Source of the DNA: Sphyrna mokarran
Lineage: Eukaryota
Direction of reading: 5' to 3'
Length of the DNA stretch: 64,000 nucleotides
Assembly (NCBI GenBank): GCA_024679065.1
Contig: JAGIQG010000001.1
Location: 119,722,001-119,786,000 of the forward strand
Part shown: positions 11,860 through 25,487 of the stretch, one piece after another
Position numbering within the stretch: position 1 is the first letter of the stretch
How the letters are laid out: each line of letters opens with the position of its first letter
Notes under the pieces: model-generated
Told to the model about the DNA's origin: nothing
What the model saw: the letters and a program-made list of their open reading frames with translations, nothing else
Database searches by the model: none
Program-made: the position numbers and the translations under genes

Positions 11860-13615
11860 ATATGATGCATGTTTGAGTCTCTTGATACTATTCCCACTAA
11901 ATTGCTGATCACTCAATCTCTCCCAGTCCCCATGTTAGCTGATGTTATAAACAGTTACCACTTCAGGTGTTGTTCCTATTTCCTTAGGAAAAAAAAACTT
12001 GACTCCAATCTCCCTTTCCTCTTAAAAGTCCTTAAAACTGTTATTAACTCTTATTTGCATATTTCCTGGAACTCCATGTTTGGTTCCCTCCGATCTGATT
12101 CCTGCCATTATAATGCTGGAAAAGCTCTTGTCAAAGCCATACCCAATTTCCCCTCATCCTTCTTAACCTGTCTGCAGCCTATGACTTGGTTGACCACACC
12201 ATCCTTCTCCAAGGCCTTCACATTTGTCAAGGTAGGTAGAATATATTCACCTAGCTCCATTCTTACCTATCCAGTCATTGCAGAGTATTACATTGATTCT
12301 CTTCCTGCTCCACCACCATTATTGATCTAGAATTGTAGAATCCCGATAGTGCAGAAAGAGGCCATTTGCCCATCAAATCCGTGCCAACAATTATCCCACA
12401 GAAGCCTTATCCCCATAACCCAATTTACCTTGCTAATTCCTCTGACACTAAGGAGCAATTTGTAATGGCCAATTCACCTAACCTGCACATCTTTGGAATG
12501 TGGGAGGAAACTGGAGCACCCAGAGGAAACCCACGTAGACACGAGGAGAATGTGTAAACTCCAAACAAATGGTGACCTGGGAATCAAACCCAGGTCCCTG
12601 GTGCTATGAGGCAGCAGTGCTAACCACTGTGCCACCTGGCTGTCCATTGATCTCCTTCCAGATGCTATCCTTTTGCAACATCATCCGAATTCAGTTTTAG
12701 TTTTCATGTTCTCACCACCATTTCTATCCATTCCCCCACAGTTACTAAATTGTCAGTCTGCTATCTGGCATCCTCTACTGGATGAGTAGAAATTTCTCTG
12801 AATTAAACCTCGAATAGATTGAAGCCATCATTTTTGATCCTTGTTTCAAACCCCATTCCTTAGCTACTGACTCCATTGTTCTCCCTCAAGTGCATCTGTT
12901 CATCTTGGTATCACATTTAACCCCAAGATGAGTTTCTAATCTTATATTCATATCATAAATGAGAGTATTTGTTTCCATCTCTGGAACATTGCTTGTCTCC
13001 ACACCATCTCATCTGCTACTGAAACCCCCATTTTTGTCTTTGTTACTTCAAGACATAACGAATCCAATGTACTCCTGACTGATGTCCCACATCTACCTGT
13101 CTTAAACGTGTGGAAATCAACATTTCTGCTGACTGTGTCTTCATTAACAACAAGTTCTGTTCTCCAATTATCCTGTGTTCATTGACCTACATTGGCTCCC
13201 AATCAAACAACGTCTTGATTTTAAAATTCTCATTCTTGTTTTCAAATCTTTCCTTGATCTCACCCCTCCTCATCTCCTCCAGACCTACAATCATCTGAGA
13301 TACCTGTGCTCCTCTAATTATGACCTCTTCAGCATTCCTGATTTTAACTGCTCCACTGTTGATGACTGTGCATTCAGCTGCATCAGGCCCTAAACTTCAG
13401 ATTTTCCTCCCTAAACTTTTCTGCTTCTCCACCTCACTTTTCTTTTTCAAGACACGCCTCAAAACCTACCTCTTTGATCAAGTGTTTGACCATCTGCTTG
13501 ACTACGTTCTCATGTGGCAGGGTATCATGTTTTGTTTCACAACGTCTCTGTGAAGCATCTTGGTGCAATTGATTCCATTAAAAGTGCTAGATAAATACAA
13601 GTTGTGGTTGTTGTT
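11860..13615 (+). mobile_element. Decayed L2-clade LINE 3' half, interrupted by an HE1-type SINE
   Basis: DLHWLPIKQRLDFKILILVFKS (13181-13250) and FKTRLKTYLF (about 13446-13475); L2-type 3' end aaagtgctagataaatacaagttgtggttgttg. Confidence 0.88.
12329..12645 (-). mobile_element. HE1-type tRNA-derived SINE, near full length, with 8-bp TSD
   Basis: Reverse complement starts ggtggcacagtggttagcactgctgcctca (A box), with a B box and a CR1-type tail. attgatct is duplicated at 12321-12328 and 12646-12653. Confidence 0.92.
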
Positions 13616-13699
13616 GATATGACAGTCAAATCCTTTAGTAGCAAACTGCAGCTGCTTCCTCAATAGCAGCTGAAAACTTAGCTACCAATAAATGACAAA

Positions 13700-14600
13700 G
13701 TACATATTTTATAAAAGTGCCTCTATTGCAAATGGCGATCGTTAGCTCTGAAAGAATTATCTCAAACTGTTCTCAGATCTCTGGATGTAACTGTGAAAAT
13801 GCTACGTTATAAATCATTTGGAATTGTTAGACACTCATTTACACATGTTTTGCTCAGTTAATTAATGATCTGCGAGCATTGCCACAAAATTATAGTATGC
13901 CCACAGCAGTGACAGTACGTTTGCTGTTGGGGGTGGGTGGGTGTGAAACATCAAAGCAGCCAATTTCAGACTGTCCTTCATTGACGTCAAATGCCTCCAT
14001 GACACAAAACATTCTGGGCACATGTGGAAGTGGCGTCTCACACACAGGAAAAAAGAGCTTTTATGGCGGTCAGATTGGCATGCGGATCAGGCACTTGTGT
14101 GTCAAATTAGGATGGTGACAGCATAAAATGCTTCGTCTTGCCATTTTTGAGTTGCATGTGAAAAGCGGTACGCATTGAGAACTCTTTTCTTCTTTTCCCT
14201 TCATACCCCCATTCCCCCCACCCACCCTAACCCTCCCCTCTCCAACCCCCCACCTCACTCATGGCATGACAATGATATGCCTCTGGCAATTTGGATGTTT
14301 TATTTAATAAAATAGGACTTTGTATTGTTTTCATTTCATTACATCCAGTCTGAGTAACAGGGAGCTATTGCTTCAGATGCTAAACTTTTGTCATGGTCTG
14401 CCAGACAAAGCAGACTTTAACCCTGTGAGTAATGGCCGTTTCAATTGAAGAACATCTGCAGAAATGATTTTATATCTTTCTAATGCAGTTGTAAATCAAC
14501 ATTACAGCAATTAATATTGAAGTTTTCTTCATATGCTGTGTCCTTTGCATTAACTGCAGTTAAATAATCCTGCTTTAAAGAAAAAGTCCCCAACATTTCT
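13700..14600. promoter_or_regulatory. Candidate conserved non-coding element / enhancer
   Basis: No recognisable repeat; about a dozen CpGs in 13730-14175; TTGACGTCAA palindrome (13981-13990), TGACAG at 13910 and 14116, TTTTATGG at 14059, TTAATTAA at 13858. Confidence 0.45.
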
Positions 14601-15129
14601 GAAGTCTGGAAGGAAGAGCTTGCGGTGAATAGTTAATTAGATTCTCAGATCTTCCTTGTTAGAAAAGCAATTAGACTTCCTTGTATCACTGCTGCTATTA
14701 AGGTATTGTTCCTTAACACACAACACTAAATATCCTGGCAAATCACTATTATTCTTTGAAAGACTGCCCCTTCCTGTCACATGTGAGGACCACACATTCT
14801 TTTCCAGTAAATATCCTTTTTCCTGTCATACACAGTACAGATGTGCAACAAAGCTCAGTAGTTTCAATGACAGTGGAAAAGAAAACACATCTCCAATAAT
14901 TCAGGGTTCAAAACTGAAGAACGATAAACCCTCAGTAACTACGCATTATAAATGGTGTGTTAAAGTGCTGTAAAATAGCCCGAAAAACGTACAACATATT
15001 AATTTTTACTATTAATTATAAAAGCAAAACCTCTAGATTACATTACAAAGCAGGAAGAATACATAAAGAAATTACTACCTATATTTCTGATGTTATTGTC
15101 TTAACTCTTAATATACTCATAGCACATTT

Positions 15130-15530
15130 TGAATCAAACATCTGTGCTATTGTGAGGATTGTAGGGCTGGAGGAGATTACAGAGTTGGTCAAGACTGAGG
15201 ACATGAAGAGATTTGAAAACAAGGATGTGAATATTAAAACCAGAATGTTGCTTAACTCAGAGCCAGTGAACAAATACGGCTTGATGCATGTTAAGAAACA
15301 AGCAGTCGGATTTTGGATCCTCATATCAAATTTACAGAAGATAGAATATGGGAGGCTGATCGGGAATGTGCTGGAATAGAAGCAATGGTGTTGATGAGGA
15401 TTTCAGCAGCCTAGGAACTGAGGCAGAATCAGCATTACGTAATGTTAGCAAGTTGGAAACAGGTGATCTTTGTGATAGCGCAGGTAAGTGGTCAGAATTT
15501 CACCTTGGTGTCAATTATGACTGTGGTTTG
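15130..15530 (-). mobile_element. L2 LINE fragment
   Basis: Reverse complement cactggctctgagttaagcaacat..atccttgttttcaaatctcttcat (HWL.VKQ..ILVFKSLH); homologous to 13180-13260. Confidence 0.7.
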
Positions 15531-15754
15531 CAAATTAGAATCACAATCCACAAATTAATCATTCTAGTGAATGAGGGAGAAAGAGAAAAAGACCCAAGGG
15601 GGAAAGAGAAGAAAGAGAAAAAGTCTGCTTTATATAAATGAATAGTAGTTATGATTAGTCCCATACGAGTATCTGATCACATGTGTATTATGAAGCTCCC
15701 AAATACTTGTTTTTCATCATGATGCTGGGTATCCCATCTGCCATGATTTTCTAA

Positions 15755-16018
15755 AATTAAAGTTTACTTATTAGTCACTAATAGGCTTACATTAAGTCTG
15801 CAATGAAGTTATTTTGAAAATCCCCCTAGTCGACACATTCAGAAACTCGTTCGGGTACACTGAGGAAGAATTTAGCATGGCCAATGCACGTCTTTAAGAC
15901 TGTGGAAGGAACCAAGAGCATTCGGAGGAAACCTATGCAAACATGAGGAGAACATGCAGACTCTGCACAGACAGTGACCCAAGCTGGGAATAGAATCTGG
16001 GTCCCTGGCTGTGAAGCC
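15755..16018 (-). mobile_element. HE1-related SINE variant with a different (non-CR1) 3' tail
   Basis: HE1 body (ggaggaaacc..cagacagtgacccaagctgggaatagaa) joined to a tail aaagtttacttattagtcac..aggcttacattaa instead of the TTCTATG-type tail. Confidence 0.75.
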
Positions 16019-16243
16019 TTCACATTTAATTTGGTTCAGAGGTGAGAGGAGGCAGGAGGCAAAATGTATTCACACAATGAAAGTGTCATTGAACTGCTCC
16101 CTAGCCCAAAGATATTTTAGCTTTTTCTGTTCCTATCAATTTCTTCTTGCATTGATTATTGTAATGATGGAAATGTTCTCAGTTTGTCTTCCACGATATT
16201 GCAATCATGTAAATTCTTATATGATTAAAGAACACCAAGGATG

Positions 16244-17740
16244 TGGACTGGATTTTCAATATTACTGAGATATCATGTTCAATAGGATAACCCAGCAGGT
16301 TATCAGGTTATTCAGCATTCTAGCAGAATCAGAAGCAAGGAAACTCATCCGTTTATGGGAAGTTCAATTTTAGAGTTAACCTGGTTTGAGTCTGTTAAAT
16401 ATCTAAATAAGGTAAGATTACTGTTAATTTCAAATTGGCAAATGGCTTTTTATTAGATGCAGTCTATGAATTGATCATGTATGTATACCCATTAAGAGAC
16501 AATCTTAAACCATGTTAAGAGTAGACAGCTTGATATGCACTAGAACACGGTTACCCAAACTGGGTTCATGGTACCCTGAGATTCTGTTGGATACATCCAG
16601 AGGTTTCACGATAGGTCAGGCTGACATTCTAAATTTGAAAAATGATATGAAATTGCTTGTCCAATCACAGGCTGGTTTCTCCCAGCATTGCTGCTGATAG
16701 GTTCAATAGTGAACTTATGGGTGGCCAATTCGAAGAGAAACCAGCCTCTGATTAGACAAGTTGGAATCAGCAGGCAAGTAAGTTCTCAAATGTCCAGGCC
16801 AGGGTGAAACTGAGAAGGGGAGTAAACAGCAGAGTGAAGTAGGCAGCAGCCATTTGGAGGGGGGCATATGAGACAGGAGACATGAGACAGGAAGGGGAGG
16901 TTGTCACGCAATGGGAAGAGGAAATGGCTGAGAGGCAAGAGAGGAAGCGACCACGAGACGGAAGGAAGAAGTGGTCAAGAGTTAGGAGAGAAGCAGCCAC
17001 AGGATGGGAGGGAAAGTGGCTGTGGAGTGTGTAGGGAGGCTGCCACGGCGCAGAAAGGAGGGGCGGCTATGGAGAGAGGGTGAGAGTGTGTGAAAGAAGT
17101 AGTGAGTTGTGAGTATGTATGTGTGACAAAGAGAGAGAAGGGTAGGTGAATGTATGGGTGACAAAGAGAGAATGAGTGTGTGATTTCGTATGTGTGTGAG
17201 AGAGAGGCTAGTATGGGAGAGTGCATGACAGCGTGAGAGAGCATGTGAGAGTGTTAATGTATGTGTGTGTGCTTGCAAAGGACAGAAGAGAGATGAGGGC
17301 ATGAATATCTATGCAAGGGAGGGAGACAGAGAGGGACTGTGCATGGCAGTCCCTGGTGATCAGGAAGATCACCAGGTACAATTTCCCCACATGCATTTAG
17401 TGTATAGCAGGCAGCGTGCCAATTTAGTGCTGCATGCTTATTCTGATTCCTGTGTGCAATTAGCACTCCCTGCACTGTTCATTGCCTGCACGCATCAGAA
17501 ATACGGCTACTTCCAAGCACTACCTAAAGCTGGCCTGCATCTGTTCACCATAAGATGCATTATGGCTGCAGCTTCTGAGATCTTTGGGAATAATGCTGTG
17601 TTGCAATAAACAATGGTTGACTGTCATGTTCGTCACATCAAGATTTCCAATGCTGCATTGGAGATCCTGGTGGAGAATGTAGGAAGGAGTAGAGATATTC
17701 TGTATCCACAGGGTGTCAGGAATCTTTCTGAAACACAAAG
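16244..17740 (+). mobile_element. Harbinger-related element remnant with start of a Myb/SANT ORF and a GA/GT-rich tract
   Basis: Terminal-like ggactggattttc at about 16244; ISNAALEILVENVGRSRDILYPQG (17640-17715) matches the FSxxxLExLVxxVxxRxxILF N-terminus of Harbinger Myb/SANT proteins. Confidence 0.6.
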
Positions 17741-17835
17741 AGGTGTGTGCATACTTTTCTGTAAATTAAACCTACAGAATGGTGTAATAAAATTTTATTG
17801 CTGCTCTATATGTTTGATATTTGAATGTAATCACA

Positions 17836-17961
17836 CGGCCAGAATTTTACCTCCTCACCTGCCCCGGAATTGGGAGGGTGAGGCTTGCAAAATGAAATTG
17901 TCTGTTGGCCTCAGGCAAGATTTTATGCGTCTCGTCTGGCAAAGTCGTAAAATACTGGTCC
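17836..17961. mobile_element. Short MITE; inverted relative of 40077-40197
   Basis: ggccagaattttac ... gtaaaatactggtcc termini with internal gcaagattttatg. Confidence 0.72.
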
Positions 17962-20900
17962 ATGTGGATATATCTTTTCAAGTGTTACATGATTCATTCT
18001 TAACTGCTCGCTCAGATAAACATTGAAAGACACTCTGTAATATCAAGCTGCTCTGAAAAGTGCAATGATCCCAGAAGAAGACCTTCTCAATGTCAAGCCA
18101 GAGTTGACAATTAATGATGGCCCTTTCCAATGACAGCCCCTATGTCTCAAGTTAGTATTTACAACTTGAGGGGACAGAATAAAGCAGCATTTCCTACATA
18201 CTCGGACCAAGGAGGTGAATCTCCTCCAAATTTGTCCTGCTCCACTGCTTTAACTTCAGAAACTCCAACTGTGCACATAAATGGAGTTTCTGCCAAAGTT
18301 AGGCCAAAAGAGCAGAAGGCCCAAAGAAACTCATATCCTCCCCTGCCAAGTAGCTAACAAGCTTAGGTGGAGCATACTGGGCTCCATGTTCAGATTCTTA
18401 CACAGACAATCCATCAGAAAGATTTGGGTTTTCCCAGTTATTTGCTGAAGAAGGTAATAAAATGCTCTTTTTCAGCTAGTTTTGGGTGCCGAACAAGAAA
18501 CTCCATGTTCTTCTTACACGTTCCCTTGAATTTTCTCAACAAACATTTTTGCACTCAGCCTTAGGCGAATTCCAAGGGTTGCCTTCTCTGACAAGTGTGG
18601 CGCCCACATTAAATCTATTTGTATTATATACTGCACTATATTTATAGGGCATATTCAGAATTTAATTCCTTCAACTGGACACAAACATACCCCACCCCTT
18701 CTGCCAACAAGCACACAAAAAAAATCACTCTCTCAAAAAATATCTTTCATTTTGGCAGCCTGTAATCTAAATTTGAGGAATTGAAATGTCAGCTAGTGTC
18801 TTGTTTTGGTTCATGTTCACTTTCACAGTCAGTTGCAACCACTGTCCTGTGAGGATCAGAAATGAATTACATGTTTTTGCAGAGTTTATGGCTCATCTCA
18901 GAAGATGGCAGTTTCCCAAGTGAAAAAAAAAGTGCAGTATCAAACAGCTCATGACACTAAATCAGGGTTATAGTCCCTGAGATTGCTTGATTAACATGGG
19001 TGATAATATCCAGTAGGAATTATCCACCCAGATGATTACCAACAGGTAATCTATCACTTCTTTATTCAAATGCCAATATTCAAATTTAATACTGAAAGTG
19101 GGAAAGTCTTAATTTGAAAGGAAAGCTTTATGTGCAAAGGGTGATATTTAGACAAGGTTGTGTGCATTACTTTGAAAGGTTAGAAATATGGATAAATTCC
19201 AGAAAAACTTCTCATTGATCTGATTAATTTATGTTGTAAAATAAAGTTACTTTCGGTAAGTTTCCAAACATTGAAGCTCTTCAAACTGTGGAATAAGATT
19301 TCAAATCTTTTATTTTGTTTCTTTATAATTTATTTCATGCAAATTAGAAGTTATTTTAAACTATAATAACATTTAGGTTCGGAATTGTCATTTGTGCTTA
19401 AAGGAAAAGATATAGTCAATAACCCATTTACATCTCTCCTAATTTATTTCTGTTGAAGTTAAATATTTAGAATCTGTAAAACTGTCCCCTTCTCTCAATC
19501 ACCATTTTTATGCTATTGTGCAAATCAAAATATATCCTCACATGATTGTGATAAATTATTTGATCATTCAGCTCAGTAATGTCATTACACTAAATTCAAA
19601 ATGGCACAAAATCATCGTGAAAAATCTTGTATGTTCTTCTGGCTGCTTCTCAAAAAAATGAAAAGCTTGCCAAATACTTTTGTATGAAGGAAGTAGCACT
19701 TTAACGGATTACTAACTCTTAACAGGCTACAGACAAGTTTACTCAGGAGCAAATTCACAGTAAAGATTAATTTAGTCGTATCTTTGGTGTAGCCAAGTCA
19801 ATCTTAAAGCCGGTATCATTATATCGGCTCTGAGATCTCTTTGTGAAATTTGTTTTCAGGCAATTTATCAACAAAGTTGTTTTCCAAAGTTGATTGCAAA
19901 ATTTCTGGAGAAGAAAGGAAGTGGAAGAAGGAGGGATTCAAATTGAGGGGAAAGATTGAAATATGTGCAATGCAAAAAAAAAACATTGTAACAGTTCAAG
20001 TGATTTTCAAAAGCAGCAAAGAGAACAAAAAAAATTAAAAAAAGAATGAAGGCAATAAATGCAAATATCTTTTCAATAGTATTGCATTTTTAGTTTTTAA
20101 TTTGCTATTCTCATTTGTCTGTTATTTTTGATAATTAAGCTGTTTTGTGCTTGCAAAATTCATATACCTAGCATCACAGAGCACTCTATGACAACTTACA
20201 AAATTATCTAGAATGAATAATGAAATGAAATGCCTTCATAAAAAAGAACCAATTCTGTCTGTTTCTTAGGGCAGCAAAAGAACAGGAGCACAGAGATTTG
20301 AGAAGCCATCTTCATTAAAACAAGTGGTAGATTCAGGAAACTTAAACTGAAGCGAAAGGCTGAGAAATGTCAAATACCGTGAAGGAGACTTAACATGCCA
20401 AGATCATGCTGTGAGCATAGACACTTATATGTCATGCTGGATGGAGCAGAGTGTAGCAATAGTATCAACGACAGTTCCTCCAACGAGCCAAATGAATTAG
20501 AAGGTTTCGACTCCACAGCTTGTCCCTCAATGGTCTGTCAGCAGCTACCTTGTATAAATATTCTGCTCCATGTAGGGAGAGCAAATCTTGGCCCAATTCT
20601 AACATGAGGTAACATAAGAACTGCACTGGCAAGGATATGCTGGATTAGATGGACTGCAAACTGAAGACAACATGGATTGAATCAGACAGACACTTTCAAA
20701 TATTTTATGGAGCCCAATGCATTTTCACAGTTATAGGCATCATGGAATTTTCTTTCAGAACAAAGATGAGTAAGGACTTTTTATGCAGGCATATTATTTT
20801 CACGAGTTCCTTAAAAAGCAAGTAATAGTTCTCATGCAATCACTGTATAACATATTTGTGATAGCTTTACACTTGGTCGCTGAGTAAGATATTAGAGCTA

Positions 20901-21379
20901 CTGTACATCTGGACACCAAGGTTAAATTACAAGATTCCAGAACCATAAAAAAAAGGAGGTTGCTGTGCAATCGAGTCCAGAAGAGCACAACAGGATGCAT
21001 AAAGCTATTTCAATGTTGTTATTAGCTGAGCTGAGTTGAAGTAATTCAAAGTTAGCCAAGTGAGACTTCTATCAACACCTTCTAAATTCACTTACAGGCA
21101 ATGCTTAGGATTAACCAAAGTTTATAAAACAATACCAATCTTGACAAGCAAGACAACAAAGATTCAAAGGCATGATTTAGGCTGATTAATGATTTTTTAC
21201 AGTGCAAATCATTTACAATTTTTTAAGTATAGTTCCCAATGATGCACCTGGATTTGGTAGCACAAGACATAGCTCATTTTGTATTCAATGTCCATTTTGT
21301 ATTGCTTAACTCAAAATTAGCCTCATTTACTTCCCTCCACTCCCCTCTTGAAAATGCTGATTGCTTGTATGGGTATGGT

Positions 21380-21712
21380 TTCATGGGTGCCAAAACCCTT
21401 GCTCCAGCAGTAATTACACATGTGAGCCTTTGTGATGACTGCCAGGAAGTCATTCACTGTGGGGACCATTACATTGAGCCTCATCTGATGCCTACACATG
21501 CACTTTCAGCATGGGTCACTGACCAGTAAATAGAAGCAGGACTTCTGCCTGATATTTCCTTCCCTAATAACAGGACAGTTCGAAGCATTACTATTGTTCA
21601 CCCTGGCTAAGGTCGGGAAACTCAGCATGAATCGAGGATTGAACTTGGGATATTTGTGGTCTGTATGGTTCAGCTACTGACTTACTAAACTCACTGAGCC
21701 ATCGGGAGAACC
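21380..21712 (-). mobile_element. Ancient tRNA-headed SINE of a third family
   Basis: Reverse complement begins ggttctcccgatggctcagtgag (A box) ... caagttcaatcct (B box), followed by a body unlike HE1 or family B. Confidence 0.6.
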
Positions 21713-23921
21713 AAAGTTAACTTTTAACCTTTAATCATTCCATTGATGTTTGTATTCGAATCCAAAAAAAAATACATTCTCCTTATGCCTGGCACTACTG
21801 TGGTCTTCTAGATACCTGGTTGTGTGGGTATGATTTTCTTGCAGCTAATGATGATAATTCAAAATCTAAAAGCTTTGGTGAAGCAGATAACTCCATGCTT
21901 TATGATTGATGATTTCTAAGTATTTTGTCACCAATGGTAATAACCAAGAAAATATATTAGAAAATTAATGCCTTTTCCTCACGCCTGACCTGGTAGGATT
22001 TGGAATATACTGATATTTATATTTAGGGAAAAGTTGTTCACTTACTGTTAATTTTAATTTAGCCAATATTTCTCAGCATTCATTATGAAATTGTATTTAG
22101 TGATCACAAATACTTCTAAAAAAACTCACTAATCATGATCCATGCTAATTATGAAAAAGGTCACAATTTGGTGACTTTAGGAATAGCACATGTCCTCCTT
22201 AGCAACAACATTTTAAAAAGAGAGGAAAGACAAAACCTATGATAACTAATGTTCGTAAATGCTAACGAGTAAATTAGCTTGAAAGAAAAGCAGATCGATA
22301 ACCATCGTACAGAATGCTCTTGCATTTCTGGGCTGCTGCTGATCACAGATTGTCTCTGAATATAAACTGTAAGAGAAACCCATAGAGACCACTCCACGAC
22401 AACCTATAAAGAGCAAGAAACAAAGGGTATTGAGCCTGAAGATGCCTCGATTTCCCAAGACGCTCAGCCCCTGTCACATCAAACTACCAATTAGTCACAA
22501 ATTTTTACGACTAAGGATCAGCAGGCTTGTGCAGTTTCTTGTCATCTTGCAAGATATCCCAGTAAGTGGCATACATTAAGAAAGCCCTTGTAGCAAATTT
22601 TCAAAAAGACAGTTTACGTGATATAGCATCAGGTTTCGATAAAGGGAATTTTTACGTCTCATTTGCAGTACAGCCTTGTTATGTCCTGTAGACTCCTTGA
22701 TACTTTCTGTCTCTTTCTCTCCTCTAATCAGTCACTCTCAGTTAACTGACCTGTCCACATCATTATTGCCCTATTAATTGCTTCTACCTACATTTTTTTT
22801 AAATGGTTGCCCTATGAGAGGTCCTTCTCTTCAAAGTTTAATGCCGTTGGACCAGCAATCAATGGACCTTTAACTGAATAATTGTGAAGGTTGATTAGCT
22901 GTCAAAAACTCTTTTTACAGTGTTCACAAGCAGTAAATCTCAGTTCTAAGCCTAAGATACTTCACATGTCATCTGGTCCTTCATCCAAGACTGATACATT
23001 GTGAAACAGTCAATGACAAATTCTACAAAGTCAAAAGAATCAAGAGATACATAAAGTCAAACTGTCCACTTTTATAAAAGAGTGTAATCTGCAGCTAGTA
23101 TTGCATTGCGAAAAGTACGCCACATGTTGTGAACCATATTAATTCAACATTTTCATAGTTAGGATCATGGTGAGCAGAGGATTTCAAGAGTCAGATTGTG
23201 GATAACTGATGTCACTGTTCACATAATTTCATTGAGCAAGTTGTATTGCATCATTTTATCACTATATTAATATTAAAACACCCAAATCATTTTTAAGCAA
23301 ATTGGAGTTTTGTTATATTAAAATTGCTTTTAATAATACATACTTTGCAGTAGAATCTTTAGAATTGTATGGTTATTAGAAGCCAACCTTAACATTATAA
23401 ATCCATTTGGAGTGAGCACAAATGAGGGCTGGAAATCCTAAAATTCCAAAGTTGCTCATGTAAATTGACCTTTTATTTGGAATAGGCTTGATTTTACTTT
23501 AAATAATAGAATGCATAAATAAGCCCGAAACCTCATTACTCTTGCCAATGTAATGAAGGAAAATGTACTAAAGTGATCACATATGGCTCATATTATGTCA
23601 GACTCTGAGCAATTATATCACCAGAGAATACCATCTTTTGAATTTTGATGGATGTATCATGATGGGAGTGATTTTCCAAGTATATTCTCATATCTAAAAG
23701 CCACTGATGCCACAAGCACTCAGAAAATGACTCCTATAATATCCTTTAATCTATAGTAATGGTAATCAACAAAATGTGGACAAACTGCATTAAGTGATCA
23801 TAGCTCTTCTGCATATTTGTGCATAAATATACATGCATTGTTTCCAATCATGGAATCATAGGAGCAAATTTTCATTCTTGAGTTGCTATGAAGAATCAGG
23901 ATTCGGGACAAACTATCCTGA

Positions 23922-25016
23922 GAGACTGGATTTTCATTCCGGAGGAGTGGATATGAACTGGAGTCATGCCCACTGCACTGGAAACAGGAGCTGCTGGGTA
24001 TCGGGATGGGCTGGTTTAAAGGTAATTAAAAAGAATGAAATAAAAAACAGAAGCCTCCAATCCTTATTCTCAAACCATATCACGCCGCACCCAACACCAC
24101 CCCCCCATGGCAACCTATTCTCTACCCCATTGCCCCTGATATCCTCCATACCAATCTATGTCCTCCATTCAGCTCCCATGACCCCTTGTATCCTTTATGC
24201 CAATCAATGCCCTTCTACCAAGACCTCAGGGCTCTTTGTAGTCCCATGGCAATATAGTGCCAACTCAAGCCATCCAATGTCCCTCATACACCACTTATTA
24301 CCCTTGCATCATCCATGTCCTTTCACTCAGTATCAACCATGGGCAGATTCAACAGTCAAGCTAAGCATCTCTTCCAGATTCTTTATTCTTAAAAAAAAAC
24401 CCTTATGAATTAAATCCCTTAAAATATATTTATTCCTTATAAAAATATATCAAAGACAAGTAACCTGTTTAGAACCACTTGGAGTTGTCAATTGAACTGT
24501 GAACTTACAGCTGTCAACATCTCCCACACTCATTTCCCCAAGCAGTATTAACCCTATAATGATAATACTCAAACCTAAGTCAACAAACAGCTAGTGAAAT
24601 TTCAATCACCTATTTTTCTCAAATATAGGCTTCTGTTCAAAGACTTAAAGAAGCAGAGGTTTTAAATGCCTTGACAGCTCGACAGTTTTCCCTAACCCCT
24701 CCAAATGGGCACCTGAGCAATCAAAAAGGGTGCCATATCTCCCCAGAAAAAGTTTAGTAATTACTGTCAAATATCCGAGGCCTATGAATCATATTTCAGA
24801 AACCTGAATGACCAAAATTGCCTCAGACTGAAAGCAGTGTAGTTGCCTCTATGGACAATGGGATATACAAAATATGTCCCCTTCCTCAGTATAAAATGTT
24901 GACTATCTGATCAGTGATGGTGGCACGGGATGTTGTGCAGGTCTTTCAGAGTCAGGGTTACCATGCTATTTTGGCCAAAGCATGAATCCCTTCCACCTCA
25001 GTGAAAATTCAGGCCA
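23922..25016. mobile_element. ~1.1-kb decayed non-autonomous TIR element
   Basis: gactggattttcat ... gtgaaaattcaggcc termini; C-rich interior at 24085-24330. Confidence 0.55.
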
Positions 25017-25403
25017 TATAATCAAAGACAAGCTTGTCCACTTTTTTTGTATGAAGAATATTACAATTTTTTACAGTCTAGAATTTCTAAGGTAAAGTTT
25101 GACATGATGTTGCACATGAATTTCAATAAAATGTTGAAGTATGAAGAAAAAGAACAACTTCCCCAGCAAAATAGAACAATTTCAAAGAAATAAGTTGATA
25201 ATTTAAAATAATGAGTAATTAATAATGATGACCATGAGAGTGTGTCAGTGTCAAATTGCATTTTTCCAGCTCACTTGCAGTTTGAGAATATTTATCCATT
25301 TGCCTTTATGTATATCTATTGTGTGAGTTTGTATGAGTGTATTGGTTTGTGATGGTGAGGTGAATGTGAATCCTGGGACTCTCCACACAACCACACCCTT
25401 GTG

Positions 25404-25405
<2 letters not shown>

Positions 25406-25484
<79 letters not shown>
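25406..25484. repeat. Perfect (CA)~39 microsatellite followed by a degenerate CA-rich tract to about 25625
   Basis: Uninterrupted CA dinucleotide run of 79 bp. Confidence 0.98.

Positions 25485-25487
<3 letters not shown>

Noticed and set aside
14656-15641. Chain of three adjacent ORFs (105, 140 and 91 aa)
   Set aside because: Partly antisense to an L2 fragment, the rest AT-rich with no domain; not a gene.
23833-24408. 191-aa ORF
   Set aside because: Runs through the C-rich interior of a decayed TIR element; low complexity, no recognisable domain.
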